Shown here piece by piece: positions 11,311 to 23,710 of a DNA stretch of 64,000 nt. The notes below the pieces were generated by a model, which was given only the letters and a program-made list of their open reading frames with translations, was not told the origin of the DNA and ran no database searches. The position numbers and the translations under genes are program-made. The stretch is taken from positions 1-64,000 of the forward strand of contig CDROCS010003425.1 in the NCBI GenBank assembly GCA_977020255.1, in the 5' to 3' direction. Origin of the DNA: Obrimoposthia wandeli (taxonomy: Eukaryota). How positions within the stretch are numbered: the first letter of the stretch is position 1; every line of letters begins with the position of its first letter.

Positions 11311-12099
11311 CAAACAACCCTAAAATAAAATCGATACGTGGATCATCCTCACTTGTGTAGAGACTTTGCAAAAGTCTTAGGAATTGTATTGTAATTTTAG
11401 AACGTAATTAGACGTGTTAATTTAGTGTGCTTAGTAATAAACGATTTCCTACAACTAGACAGCGTTGTTATAGACCCTTCAAATTTAAAAATAACAAACC
11501 TTCAGATAAGAATTGAGGCAGGCAAGCATAACATTAAGTAGGCCACAAACATCTACAAGTCCTGCTTCTATAGAACTCACGTTGGGGCCCTCTATTCAGA
11601 GGTTCTATATTAGAAAAACAGTTTCATATAGAAACTCCAACACAATTTATCATTTAAATATTTTAGTCTTGTTTCTTCTTCAGCAATAGTTTCATAATAT
11701 ATTTTAAATACTTTAACTGTATGCTTTTGTATTTCCAAAAACAATCTTCTTTTTGTGTCATAGGCAATTGCATAATTCATTTCATGATAGCATGTTTCTT
11801 GAGTGGCTTCAAAGACAAAGAAAACATAATGGTTATAAATTTAAAAAATATTATTTTTCATTTAACATTTATGTTGATTAAAAGAGTCTTCATATGTTTC
11901 ATTCATGTTACATTCATGAATATATTGTGCTGAATATTCTTTTCAACAATCTTCACATTTTTTAAATTGGAGCCTTGATTGAAAAGTTCCATCTTGATAT
12001 GAATGTTGAATTTGAAATGATTGTAAACACTTATGACCATATTTTCTTCATTTTAAAAATATAAGAATTTTTGAAATGGCATTAAAAGTAGTTATTTTT

Positions 12100-12460
12100 A
12101 TTAGGGTGGCCCTTAGTATAATGTGAAAAAATTAAAATCAACAACTTCACTCTGCCACCCTCCAAATATATGACAATAATAGAGACAACCCTCTGTGCAA
12201 AAAATATTACATTCAATATTCATTCATACAAGAAGATTGATTATCAAATTTGATTATTGAAATACTAATTATGCAATATGCAATACATTTGTGATTTAGT
12301 ATTAATTGGGACATAGCTAATGTTATGAATAAATTCCAAATTAGCAATGAACTGCATAATGTACATAATCTTTTGCACAGTATGTTTTTTCATAGATAGT
12401 ATAGATTGATGGGATGGCAGAAATTGAATTCAAACTTTCATTTTTAAGGGCCATCTTAAT
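12100..12460. mobile_element. MITE-like element (copy at 20711-21071)
   Basis: Imperfect terminal inverted repeats ATTAGGGTGGCCCTTA ... TAAGGGCCATCTTAAT, plus internal CTGCCA/TGGCAG complementarity. Confidence 0.5.
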
Positions 12461-13569
12461 TTTCATAGTAAAGAAATGTTTGTTTGATGTAATAGAATCA
12501 TTGTTATTTTGGGAATAAATTATGATTCTTACTTGTTTTCAAAAAAGTTTCAAAAAGTTTTCAAATATTTTTACATCATCCATATTATTGCCTTCTGGTT
12601 TGCTTTCTACATTGGCCTTATTGTGTAAGTGACAAGCCCATTCTTGTTGAATTGAATATCTTCTAATATATCTTATTCTATTATCATTATATTTTTATGA
12701 ATGATTATTTTCTTATTATTTTTATCAAAGTTAAAATAATTTGTATTAGAATTGTTGTCATAAGTTATTGATGTTATTATGGCTCTAGCCATACAAATTG
12801 AATATAGATTAAATATCATTTTGACAGAATTAGAAGCAATTTTTTTAAATTCTAAATTTGTAGATTGTGAACTTCCATTAGCTCTATTTTCTACTACAAT
12901 GAATAAGATTAATTCAAAATTCAAAAGTAATATTTTCAAGAGTTTATTAGTCAGCAGATTGCATTAATCTTTCTAAAGTAATTGATCTATAACATTTGCT
13001 TTAGAAGTCTTTGGAAATGAAGCATGTGTGAATTATATGATGAAGGGGAGTTAATTTTACTCTATAATTATCATTACCATTTGTTATATAGTCAGGAATA
13101 AAGTTTAAACACATACGAGTATTATTTTCAGTACTATGGTAAGGTTTTATTTTATATTGAAAAACGGTGCCTTGGTGGTTTCTATAATAGTGTGAGTTTA
13201 AATAGGTTATTTCATTTATTTCATCAATTTGAGTGGTTGGATCATAATTAGTATTAAATAAATTTTCGTCAAAAATATGTTCTTGGAATGGTAAAATAGA
13301 ATCTATTGCTTGCCATTCAAAATAATTTATATTTTGCTCCCTGACAATTTGTTGAGGGAAGTGAGCATTATTTGTATGATTCGTATTATTTAATTTTTAA
13401 AAAGTAAAATAATTTTTTTAGAGTAATATAATGAATTTACCATTTTTTCGGAAAATTGAAAATTTGGTATTTTTGAGAATATTTGACATTTTAGTCCACA
13501 CAATAAGTACCGTGTTTATCACCACTTTTTCAAAATATTTTCCTAACCTAAAAAAACGCTCCCTCCAGT

Positions 13570-15099
13570 TTACAACAACGTTGACCTAGACGAATAGATG
13601 GATGTGCAGCTGATTGGAGATCTCTCTCCAGTACTTTGGCGGAGTCAACAAGGAGACGGACGAGGAAGAGTAGTAATATCGAGACGTGCATCAAACGCAC
13701 GTGGAGGTTGATCTCGTTGTGTCAGCCGGAGACAATTGTCGCTCCAGACTCTGATGAGGACCTCTTTTGTGCATTAGTGCAGTTTAAGAAAATCAACGAG
13801 GAACTTAAAACTTTGGTATTTTCACATAAAGCGACTGTTTTCTACGATAATTTTATAAGTTAGATTGAAAGAAATTTAGATGAAAAAATTGCTAAATGTA
13901 GTGAGTTAAGTAGTGGATGAACTCTAGTCAGAATTCATGATGTTAGCTTTGTTTTCGGGAGACCATATATTCCTTCACCTAAATATATTCAACTCTCACG
14001 TTATATTGTTAGCATACAAAACAGTGATAACCTTTGCTTTCTGTATAGTGTGTTGGCCATACTCAAAAGGGATGTAATTACTGAGTACAAAGAGCGTGTC
14101 AGTAAATATATCCCTTTTTTAAATGAATTGCAGTATCATGGAATATATTTTCTTTTAAATTAACTGCAATATCAAAATTTGAACACATGAATAACTTAAG
14201 TATTAATGTATTCAAATATAATACTGATATCCCAGTTAATATAATAGAGGAAGAAATGTTTAAAAATCCTTTCGTAGATTTAATTTATAGGAGCAAAAAG
14301 GAGAGGACTTCAGTTAACTTAATTTTGCTTGAACGTACTAATAAATTCCACTATGTTGATATTCCCAATTTAGATCGTCTTCTAAATTTAGATAATAAAG
14401 CCTTACTAGTTAGGATAAGGTGCAAGTTTTGTCATAAATGCTAACATGAATTCCTATCCGAGATCTCTTATAGCAAACATTTGACATTATGTACATTGAA
14501 TCCTGGTGATAAGGATATAAAATTCAGGGATTTGGCAAAATGCATATCCGTCGAATTCAGGGTGTATGATGAGTGTAGCAATGATCATGACTGGCATAGA
14601 TGGGGTTAATTTTAATTCTAGTGGATCTTGTTATTTGTGTGGTACCCAGTCTAAGTTAGAAATGATTCAGCATTTTTAGATGAATATGGAAATGAAGTAA
14701 ATGTTGATGCGTTTTCGAAAGAGAAACTTTGAATTGTAACAATTCAACTTTATGGTTACAAGAAGGATGAAATTGGAACAAAAATTAAAATTAATTTTTG
14801 TCTTATATTTTTTTTCTCTTAAAAATATATAATTTTGACCTACGTATTTTTGTCCTCCTAACATGCATAAAAATGTAGTCATTTATTAATACAAAATTCG
14901 CATCTAAAATCTCATCTACGATAAATCGATTCTGAGGGGGTCAATATGGATTCATGTGGTCTTTTATAAACACTTCTAATAACTTAAATTCATCCTTGGA
15001 TGTCGGATGTGAAATTAATACACACATGTAGGAAATTTCACTCCATACACACATGTACGGTTTTAAAGAGGGTCTATTAAAACGAACGATCCACCTAGT
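13570..15099 (+). mobile_element. Internally deleted relic of the Polinton family
   Basis: Colinear pieces match 29570-30030 (PETIVAPDSDEDLF), 34630-35480 (SHKATVFYDNF, NNLSINVFKYNTDIP), about 35700-35780, 42500-42620 and the right subterminal region/TIR (GAAATTTCACTCCA...ATCCACCTAGT). Confidence 0.9.
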
Positions 15100-16089
15100 C
15101 ATGTACTAGCACTTTTCTTTAATTTAAATATGATTCTGATGACTTTGTTTAAATTTTTTGGCTTTCGATTTAATTGATAAAATAGAATTTAAAATGAGCT
15201 CAAAAGTTAAATCGTAAATGCTTTATAAACTTGTAAAACATATTCAATTTAAAATAAACCTAAAGAAAGAAAAAAGAAAGCTCAACACCATGTTTGAAGA
15301 TCCTTAAATAATTTTCTTAAAAGGAACATGAATTATTTTGAAAATAAAAAGAATCAGCTGTTACATTTAATTTCTAACATCAGAAAACAACAGATCTGGT
15401 AAATCTGCTGATTTTGTCAAACCTCATTATTTTCACCTTCTTCTGTCATTCTCTGAATTCGAGTTTATTTGTTTCTGAAGAAAATTGGCTTTTTGAATTA
15501 TATTTGCATAGATTTATTTATATCAATAAACAGTGGCTTTAAATATAGATTCCGAGTTTTAAAATTCAATTACTTTTTCTATTATCTAAAAATATCAAAT
15601 GAAATAAAAAATAACAAAGTTATCTTTATGAATGCCTCTTTATCCCAAACTGCATCTGAACGTAGATGAACATTTTCCGTTAATTTTGTTACTCTTATGC
15701 GGGAAAATCTTTCTAATAAGCTGCTTGAAATTCCGTTTTTTAATCTTCATAAACATCTTATTTAGGGGAACCCCCGGAAAATCCCTTGGATTCCAATATG
15801 GATATATTATGGGCATGGTGGCTTTCTTCCTGTGAGATTTTCGATCTACATATTGTACCACTAAGGCCACACCACACTCGAACTTTTTCCGAATAAAGGG
15901 ATTTTTTAAACAACAATTTAACTGGTGTCTGTAATCAAGAGAAAAATATCTATCATCTACCAAGTTAAGTTCTTTTAATACTCTTTCTGAAAACATACAT
16001 TTACTTTGATGATCATAATTAATCGAATATGTGCACCTTTAGTTTCTTTTCTGTATATTAAGTACAAACTGTATGTGTGGCTTAATGAC

Positions 16090-16770
16090 AATAATAAGTA
16101 TGATTTATTACTGAAGAGTGCTTTCTTTTTTCCAGGGTAGATATTATTATTGTTACAGTTTCTCATATTCATTGGTAGATAATTGAAAAGATTGTTGCAT
16201 ACATTTCCAATATTCCATCACTCTGTTTGTTATTTGTGAATTCAATTCTGGCATTTAACGGTAGCCAAAAGAGCTTCATTAAATGCTCATTTGTCCTAGC
16301 AATTTTCTTTAATTTGAATATAATTCTGACGGCTTTGTTTAATATTTTTTCCCAAGAGATTTAATTTATAAGTTGAAATATTAAACAGAATATAATTTAT
16401 AAAATAAATATTGTTGATATGTCTGTTGCATGTTTTTATCGTTTTATTAATTTGATAATTCATTGAAATTATTTTTATCGAAGATGCAACCATTGTTCTT
16501 CATTTTCTTTTTTAATTAATAACATTTTTCCTGACACGTATGAAACTTCTTAGGGCTTATATTATTCTTAAATCCAAATATTATATACTCAGTTTTATTC
16601 TTATCCATCTTCAAATGTCTTGATTTCGTCCATATAGCTAGTTGACTCCTACGAAATGTAATTTCATATTCATTAGAATTCAAACCAAAATAAAGTTGTG
16701 TGTCATTAGCATAAAGATGGAAACGAATATTATTTTTCTTAATATTTGCTACGATTGACAAGTATAAAAT
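16090..16770 (-). pseudogene. CR1/L2-type LINE reverse transcriptase 3' fragment (copy about 24700-25380)
   Basis: IRFHLYANDTQLYF (YADD motif), LKMDKNKTEYIIFG and the C-terminal NLFNYLPMNMRNC...KKKALF. Confidence 0.75.
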
Positions 16771-17230
16771 AATTACACTCAGTTACATTTAAATATTTAA
16801 AAATCAAATAATTTCAATAATTTAGTCGTGTAATTTCTGAGACGAAACAGAATGTTCAAGGTTGAATAGTAAAAGTTAAGCTCGATGATTGAAAACCCTG
16901 CTATACCTCAAGCAAATAATGATCAAAAACAAGAACAATTTTAAGACATAACAAGACATAGCAAACTGCAATAAACCAAACGACCTTGTCACCACTGGCC
17001 CATTTGTGCAGCAATGGGTAAAGATTTCTATCCTCTCCTGTTTGTACTATGTTGTTGACGAATAGATCTTCATGGAATATATTCTTTGAACTTTAATTAC
17101 ATCAAACTACTTCTTTACAATATGTCAAATAAAATTCAAATTGTGTATTTCAAAATATAAAAAGACTTTTAAAATTAAGCTCACTAGAAATATTTTTCAA
17201 AATTTAAAACAACGAAGATTTAATGCAGTG

Positions 17231-17400
17231 TTTCAACACGACGGAGCATCAACTCATTTTGAAAAATCGATAGAAACTTCAAGAACATAGAATTTATCTT
17301 AAGATGGTTGGGCAGCGAGGTCTTCAGACGTCACTATTGGATTTCTTTGTTTGGGAACTTCTTAAAAACAATTATTTTAAAGAAACTCTAAAACTATTCA
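17231..17400 (+). pseudogene. Tc1/mariner transposase fragment (copy about 25838-26007)
   Basis: FQHDGASTHF ... RWLG ... LDFFVWELLKN, matching FQQDGAPPH...LDFFLWGYLK. Confidence 0.7.
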
Positions 17401-18231
17401 AAAGTTGGCAGTATCAGCGAATATTCAATCCTAGCTATAAATGGCTGGGTAACTTACTGAAACAATGCCGTATCAGGAATTGTGGATTGCAATTTTTCCA
17501 CATGAACGAGGAATCCCTAGTAAGTGCGAGCCATTAGAATGTACACACCACCCGTCGCTTCTACCGCTACAACCGTCGTTTTCATCATAAGCACGTCTAA
17601 TTATAAATGACAGTTAATCGTCGGTTTAGACCCATGACGCCGGTTTTTACACCATTGATCAACATCATAACTAGAGTGTCCCAGGATTTTGGGGTGTCAA
17701 CAGCTAATTCTCGCAATAAATAGCAGAATTAGAAAAAAAATTAAAATGGAACTTTGTGTTGCACTTATTAAAAGCTACGCTGACTTTACTTACATACTGT
17801 ATATATATGCAAAACTCGTGACGTATAGTTCTTCAAGAAGATGACTAAGGTGGGGCTCTACCAGGGCGACACTTCAGTTTTCCCAACGTTGCCCTGTGAA
17901 CGGGTTATGTTGTTCCTCGAGGAGCGGAACAGGCCAGTGCCCACTATCGACTTAACAATGGATGACTGATGGAACATTGACACCTTATCTTTCCTTCTCT
18001 TTTCTTTTTCTAAATTTCTCATCCACACATTTTTGTATAAATACACGTTGAATAACATTCGTGACATTGTCCGAACATTATTCAAAATACACGAGTTTTG
18101 TCAAACTAGTGGGTATGTTTGAAGCGTCATCGAATGTTTGAAATCAAGTGGGGATTTTTTCTAAAATCTGGGACTAGTGAATTAAAATCGATACGTTCCG
18201 AGGACGTAACTTTTTTGAAACCCCCGAGATA

Positions 18232-20065
18232 TGTTAGGATTAGGTTTTGACTAAATTAAAATAATTAATCATTTTTTTACTAAAATAAAAATCCTTGAAA
18301 GCAAGGTTATAATTAAGATAAAATTAATTATAAAATTAAAATTATAAAAATAAAACCAGTGGGAAAATATTAGGACCAAAAAGGTCATGTGTAAGCGTGT
18401 GCTGTATATAAGGGATTTTAAACTTAACCAAAAGGCCCAAAAAAGAAGAAAGTGCAATTAACCAAAAAAGAAATTAGGAAGAAATATAAAGAAAAGAAAT
18501 CCAAATCCATTAGGAAAGCCAGTCGCTGCACTTAACAATCTTTCTGCTACAACGGACTCGCTGGGAACCAAGCCAGCCGCCAGATCTCCTCAACTCCGCA
18601 ACTTGTTTGGAGGTAAGAATCACTTAGCTAAGTGATCTTAATTACTATTTCATTCCAGTCTAGACCCGTCGCATAAGGCCTCACGGAATCGCAGTCCAAT
18701 AGAGAAGAGGACAATTCCCAGAAATCAATTAGCGTCGGGAACGAAATAGAAGGTAAACAGAAATCAATTAGCGTCGGGAACGAAATAGAAGGTAAAATCT
18801 TAATATAAAAGGAAAGTTAATTTTGATTTTCACAGAAGAAAAATTCCAGAAAACTTATAGAAATTGAGTGATTGAGAAGCAGATCACATCAGAAAAGTGA
18901 AGAAAGGTAATCAAATTTTAATTAGAGAAACTATTGTTCGACTCCCAGAAGTTAAACCGTATCGGAAGGACCAAGACTTACGGAGCTAACTGTATCAGAA
19001 GGACCAACAGACGTACGGAAACCAACCGTACCTGGAAGGAACGAACTACGCGAAGCATCGGACGAGGAGTTCATATCAGCAAACCCCAGTTGGATCAAGG
19101 TAAGCCGAGTCTGAATAAAAGTGAAATTGATTGAATCGAGCTGAGTGAAGTTATCATTGTTAAATTGAATTGAGTTTTTTGAAGTTATCAATATTTAAAT
19201 TGAATTGAGTAAAGTTATCAATATCTAAATTGAACTGAGTGAAGTTATCATTATTTGAATCGAGCTGAGTGAAGTTATCATTGTTAAATTGAATTGAGTT
19301 TTTTAAAGTTATCAATATCTAAATTGAATTGAGTGAAGTTATCATTATTTGAATCGAGCTGAGTGAAGTTATCATTATTTGAATCGAGCTGAGTGAAGTT
19401 ATCATTATTAAATTGAATTGAGTTTTTTGAAGTTATCAATATTTAAATTGAATTGAGTAAAGTTATCAATATCTAAATTGAACTGAGTGAAGTTATCATT
19501 ATTTGAATCGAGCTGAGTGAAGTTATCATTGTTAAATTGAATTGAGTTTTTTGAAGTTATCAATATCTAAATTGAATCGAGTAAAGTTATCAATATCTAA
19601 ATTGAACTGAGTGAAGTTATCATTATTTAAATTGAATAGTTGGAAGTTGGAGTTTAAAAGTCGTAACTGTAGAATTTGAATTAAAAAGGCTACGTTAAAT
19701 TAAAAGGCTAAGTAAAATTACCTTGCCCTATTTTTTCAGTGCCCATATTTTTAGAGTGAGTACTCTATAAAATTAACAAACTTACATTGCCCATATTTTT
19801 AGAGTGAGTACTCTACATAAAATTAACAAACTTACATTCCCCATATTTTTAGAGTAAACAACTCTACTAAAATCAACTAAAATTACATCGCCCATATTAT
19901 TTAGAGTAAAGACTCTAGTAACCAAACAACCCTAAAATAAAATCGATACGTGTATCATCCTCACTTGTGTAGAGACTTTGCAAAAGTCTTAGGAATTGTA
20001 TTGTAATTTTAGAACGTAATTAGACGTGTTAATTTAGTGTGCTTAGTAATAAACGATTTCCTACA
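18232..20065 (+). repeat. Duplicated copy of the probable LTR (1834 bp)
   Basis: Same termini and same downstream flank as 9414-11453, with shorter internal arrays. Confidence 0.65.
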
Positions 20066-22180
20066 ACTAGACAGCGTTGTTATAGACCCTTCAAATTTAA
20101 AAATAACAAACCTTCAGATAAGAATTGAGGCAGGCAAGCATAACATTAAGTAGGCCACAAACATCTACAAGTCCTGCTTCTATAGAACTCACGTTGGGGC
20201 CCTCTATTCAGAGGTTCTATATTAGAAAAACAGTTTCATATAGAAACTCCAACACAATTTATCATTTAAATATTTTAGTCTTGTTTCTTCTTCAGCAATA
20301 GTTTCATAATATATTTTAAATACTTTAACTGTATGCTTTTGTATTTCCAAAAACAATCTTCTTTTTGTGTCATAGGCAATTGCATAATTCATTTCATGAT
20401 AGCATGTTTCTTGAGTGGCTTCAAAGACAAAGAAAACATAATGGTTATAAATTTAAAAAATATTATTTTTCATTTAACATTTATGTTGATTAAAAGAGTC
20501 TTCATATGTTTCATTCATGTTACATTCATGAATATATTGTGCTGAATATTCTTTTCAACAATCTTCACATTTTTTAAATTGGAGCCTTGATTGAAAAGTT
20601 CCATCTTGATATGAATGTTGAATTTGAAATGATTGTAAACACTTATGACCATATTTTCTTCATTTTAAAAATATAAGAATTTTTGAAATGGCATTAAAGT
20701 AGTTATTTTTATTAGGGTGGCCCTTAGTATAATGTGAAAAAATTAAAATCAACAACTTCACTCTGCCACCCTCCAAATATATGACAATAATAGAGACAAC
20801 CCTCTGTGCAAAAAATATTACATTCAATATTCATTCATACAAGAAGATTGATTATCAAATTTGATTATTGAAATACTAATTATGCAATATGCAATACATT
20901 TGTGATTTAGTATTAATTGGGACATAGCTAATGTTATGAATAAATTCCAAATTAGCAATGAACTGCATAATGTACATAATCTTTTGCACAGTATGTTTTT
21001 TCATAGATAGTATAGATTGATGGGATGGCAGAAATTGAATTCAAACTTTCATTTTTAAGGGCCATCTTAATTTTCATAGTAAAGAAATGTTTGTTTGATG
21101 TAATAGAATCATTGTTATTTTGGGAATAAATTATGATTCTTACTTGTTTTCAAAAAAGTTTCAAAAAGTTTTCAAATATTTTTACATCATCCATATTATT
21201 GCCTTCTGGTTTGCTTTCTACATTGGCCTTATTGTGTAAGTGACAAGCCCATTCTTGTTGAATTGAATATCTTCTAATATATCTTATTCTATTATCATTA
21301 TATTTTTATGAATGATTATTTTCTTATTATTTTTATCAAAGTTAAAATAATTTGTATTAGAATTGTTGTCATAAGTTATTGATGTTATTATGGCTCTAGC
21401 CATACAAATTGAATATAGATTAAATATCATTTTGACAGAATTAGAAGCAATTTTTTTAAATTCTAAATTTGTAGATTGTGAACTTCCATTAGCTCTATTT
21501 TCTACTACAATGAATAAGATTAATTCAAAATTCAAAAGTAATATTTTCAAGAGTTTATTAGTCAGCAGATTGCATTAATCTTTCTAAAGTAATTGATCTA
21601 TAACATTTGCTTTAGAAGTCTTTGGAAATGAAGCATGTGTGAATTATATGATGAAGGGGAGTTAATTTTACTCTATAATTATCATTACCATTTGTTATAT
21701 AGTCAGGAATAAAGTTTAAACACATACGAGTATTATTTTCAGTACTATGGTAAGGTTTTATTTTATATTGAAAAACGGTGCCTTGGTGGTTTCTATAATA
21801 GTGTGAGTTTAAATAGGTTATTTCATTTATTTCATCAATTTGAGTGGTTGGATCATAATTAGTATTAAATAAATTTTCGTCAAAAATATGTTCTTGGAAT
21901 GGTAAAATAGAATCTATTGCTTGCCATTCAAAATAATTTATATTTTGCTCCCTGACAATTTGTTGAGGGAAGTGAGCATTATTTGTATGATTCGTATTAT
22001 TTAATTTTTAAAAAGTAAAATAATTTTTTTAGAGTAATATAATGAATTTACCATTTTTTCGGAAAATTGAAAATTTGGTATTTTTGAGAATATTTGACAT
22101 TTTAGTCCACACAATAAGTACCGTGTTTATCACCACTTTTTCAAAATATTTTCCTAACCTAAAAAAACGCTCCCTCCAGT

Positions 22181-23710
22181 TTACAACAACGTTGACCTAG
22201 ACGAATAGATGGATGTGCAGCTGATTGGAGATCTCTCTCCAGTACTTTGGCGGAGTCAACAAGGAGACGGACGAGGAAGAGTAGTAATATCGAGACGTGC
22301 ATCAAACGCACGTGGAGGTTGATCTCGTTGTGTCAGCCGGAGACAATTGTCGCTCCAGACTCTGATGAGGACCTCTTTTGTGCATTAGTGCAGTTTAAGA
22401 AAATCAACGAGGAACTTAAAACTTTGGTATTTTCACATAAAGCGACTGTTTTCTACGATAATTTTATAAGTTAGATTGAAAGAAATTTAGATGAAAAAAT
22501 TGCTAAATGTAGTGAGTTAAGTAGTGGATGAACTCTAGTCAGAATTCATGATGTTAGCTTTGTTTTCGGGAGACCATATATTCCTTCACCTAAATATATT
22601 CAACTCTCACGTTATATTGTTAGCATACAAAACAGTGATAACCTTTGCTTTCTGTATAGTGTGTTGGCCATACTCAAAAGGGATGTAATTACTGAGTACA
22701 AAGAGCGTGTCAGTAAATATATCCCTTTTTTAAATGAATTGCAGTATCATGGAATATATTTTCTTTTAAATTAACTGCAATATCAAAATTTGAACACATG
22801 AATAACTTAAGTATTAATGTATTCAAATATAATACTGATATCCCAGTTAATATAATAGAGGAAGAAATGTTTAAAAATCCTTTCGTAGATTTAATTTATA
22901 GGAGCAAAAAGGAGAGGACTTCAGTTAACTTAATTTTGCTTGAACGTACTAATAAATTCCACTATGTTGATATTCCCAATTTAGATCGTCTTCTAAATTT
23001 AGATAATAAAACCTTACTAGTTAGGATAAGGTGCAAGTTTTGTCATAAATGCTAACATGAATTCCTATCCGAGATCTCTTATAGCAAACATTTGACATTA
23101 TGTACATTGAATCCTGGTGATAAGGATATAAAATTCAGGGATTTGGCAAAATGCATATCCGTCGAATTCAGGGTGTATGATGAGTGTAGCAATGATCATG
23201 ACTGGCATAGATGGGGTTAATTTTAATTCTAGTGGATCTTGTTATTTGTGTGGTACCCAGTCTAAGTTAGAAATGATTCAGCATTTTTAGATGAATATGG
23301 AAATGAAGTAAATGTTGATGCGTTTTCGAAAGAGAAACTTTGAATTGTAACAATTCAACTTTATGGTTACAAGAAGGATGAAATTGGAACAAAAATTAAA
23401 ATTAATTTTTGTCTTATATTTTTTTTCTCTTAAAAATATATAATTTTGACCTACGTATTTTTGTCCTCCTAACATGCATAAAAATGTAGTCATTTATTAA
23501 TACAAAATTCGCATCTAAAATCTCATCTACGATAAATCGATTCTGAGGGGGTCAATATGGATTCATGTGGTCTTTTATAAACACTTCTAATAACTTAAAT
23601 TCATCCTTGGATGTCGGATGTGAAATTAATACACACATGTAGGAAATTTCACTCCATACACACATGTACGGTTTTAAAGAGGGTCTATTAAAACGAACGA
23701 TCCACCTAGT
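22181..23710 (+). mobile_element. Duplicate of the deleted Polinton relic
   Basis: Part of tandem unit 2 and near-identical to 13570-15099. Confidence 0.9.

Larger units (their letters stand above)
1..11453 (+). mobile_element. Ty3/Gypsy LTR retrotransposon, 3' part (pol, cargo region, probable 3' LTR); decayed
   Basis: Domain order RT-RNaseH-integrase, A-rich plus strand, long cargo region, then a TGTTAGG...CCTACA block interpreted as the LTR. The 5' LTR and gag lie outside the window. Confidence 0.85.
9414..11453 (+). repeat. Probable 3' LTR (~2.0 kb)
   Basis: Starts TGTTAGG after GAGGACG...AACCCCCGAGA and ends AATAAACGATTTCCTACA (short inverted termini). TATATAAG occurs near 9586. No 5' LTR is available for confirmation. 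Confidence 0.65.

Noticed and set aside
12600-13330. LINE RNase H fragment on the minus strand
   Set aside because: Only faint similarity (LYSICMARAII; WACH..N); too degenerate to support.
9414-20065. A second complete LTR element bounded by the two LTR copies
   Set aside because: Both LTRs have the same upstream 380 bp and the same downstream flank, with no PBS, gag or pol between them; it is a segmental duplication.
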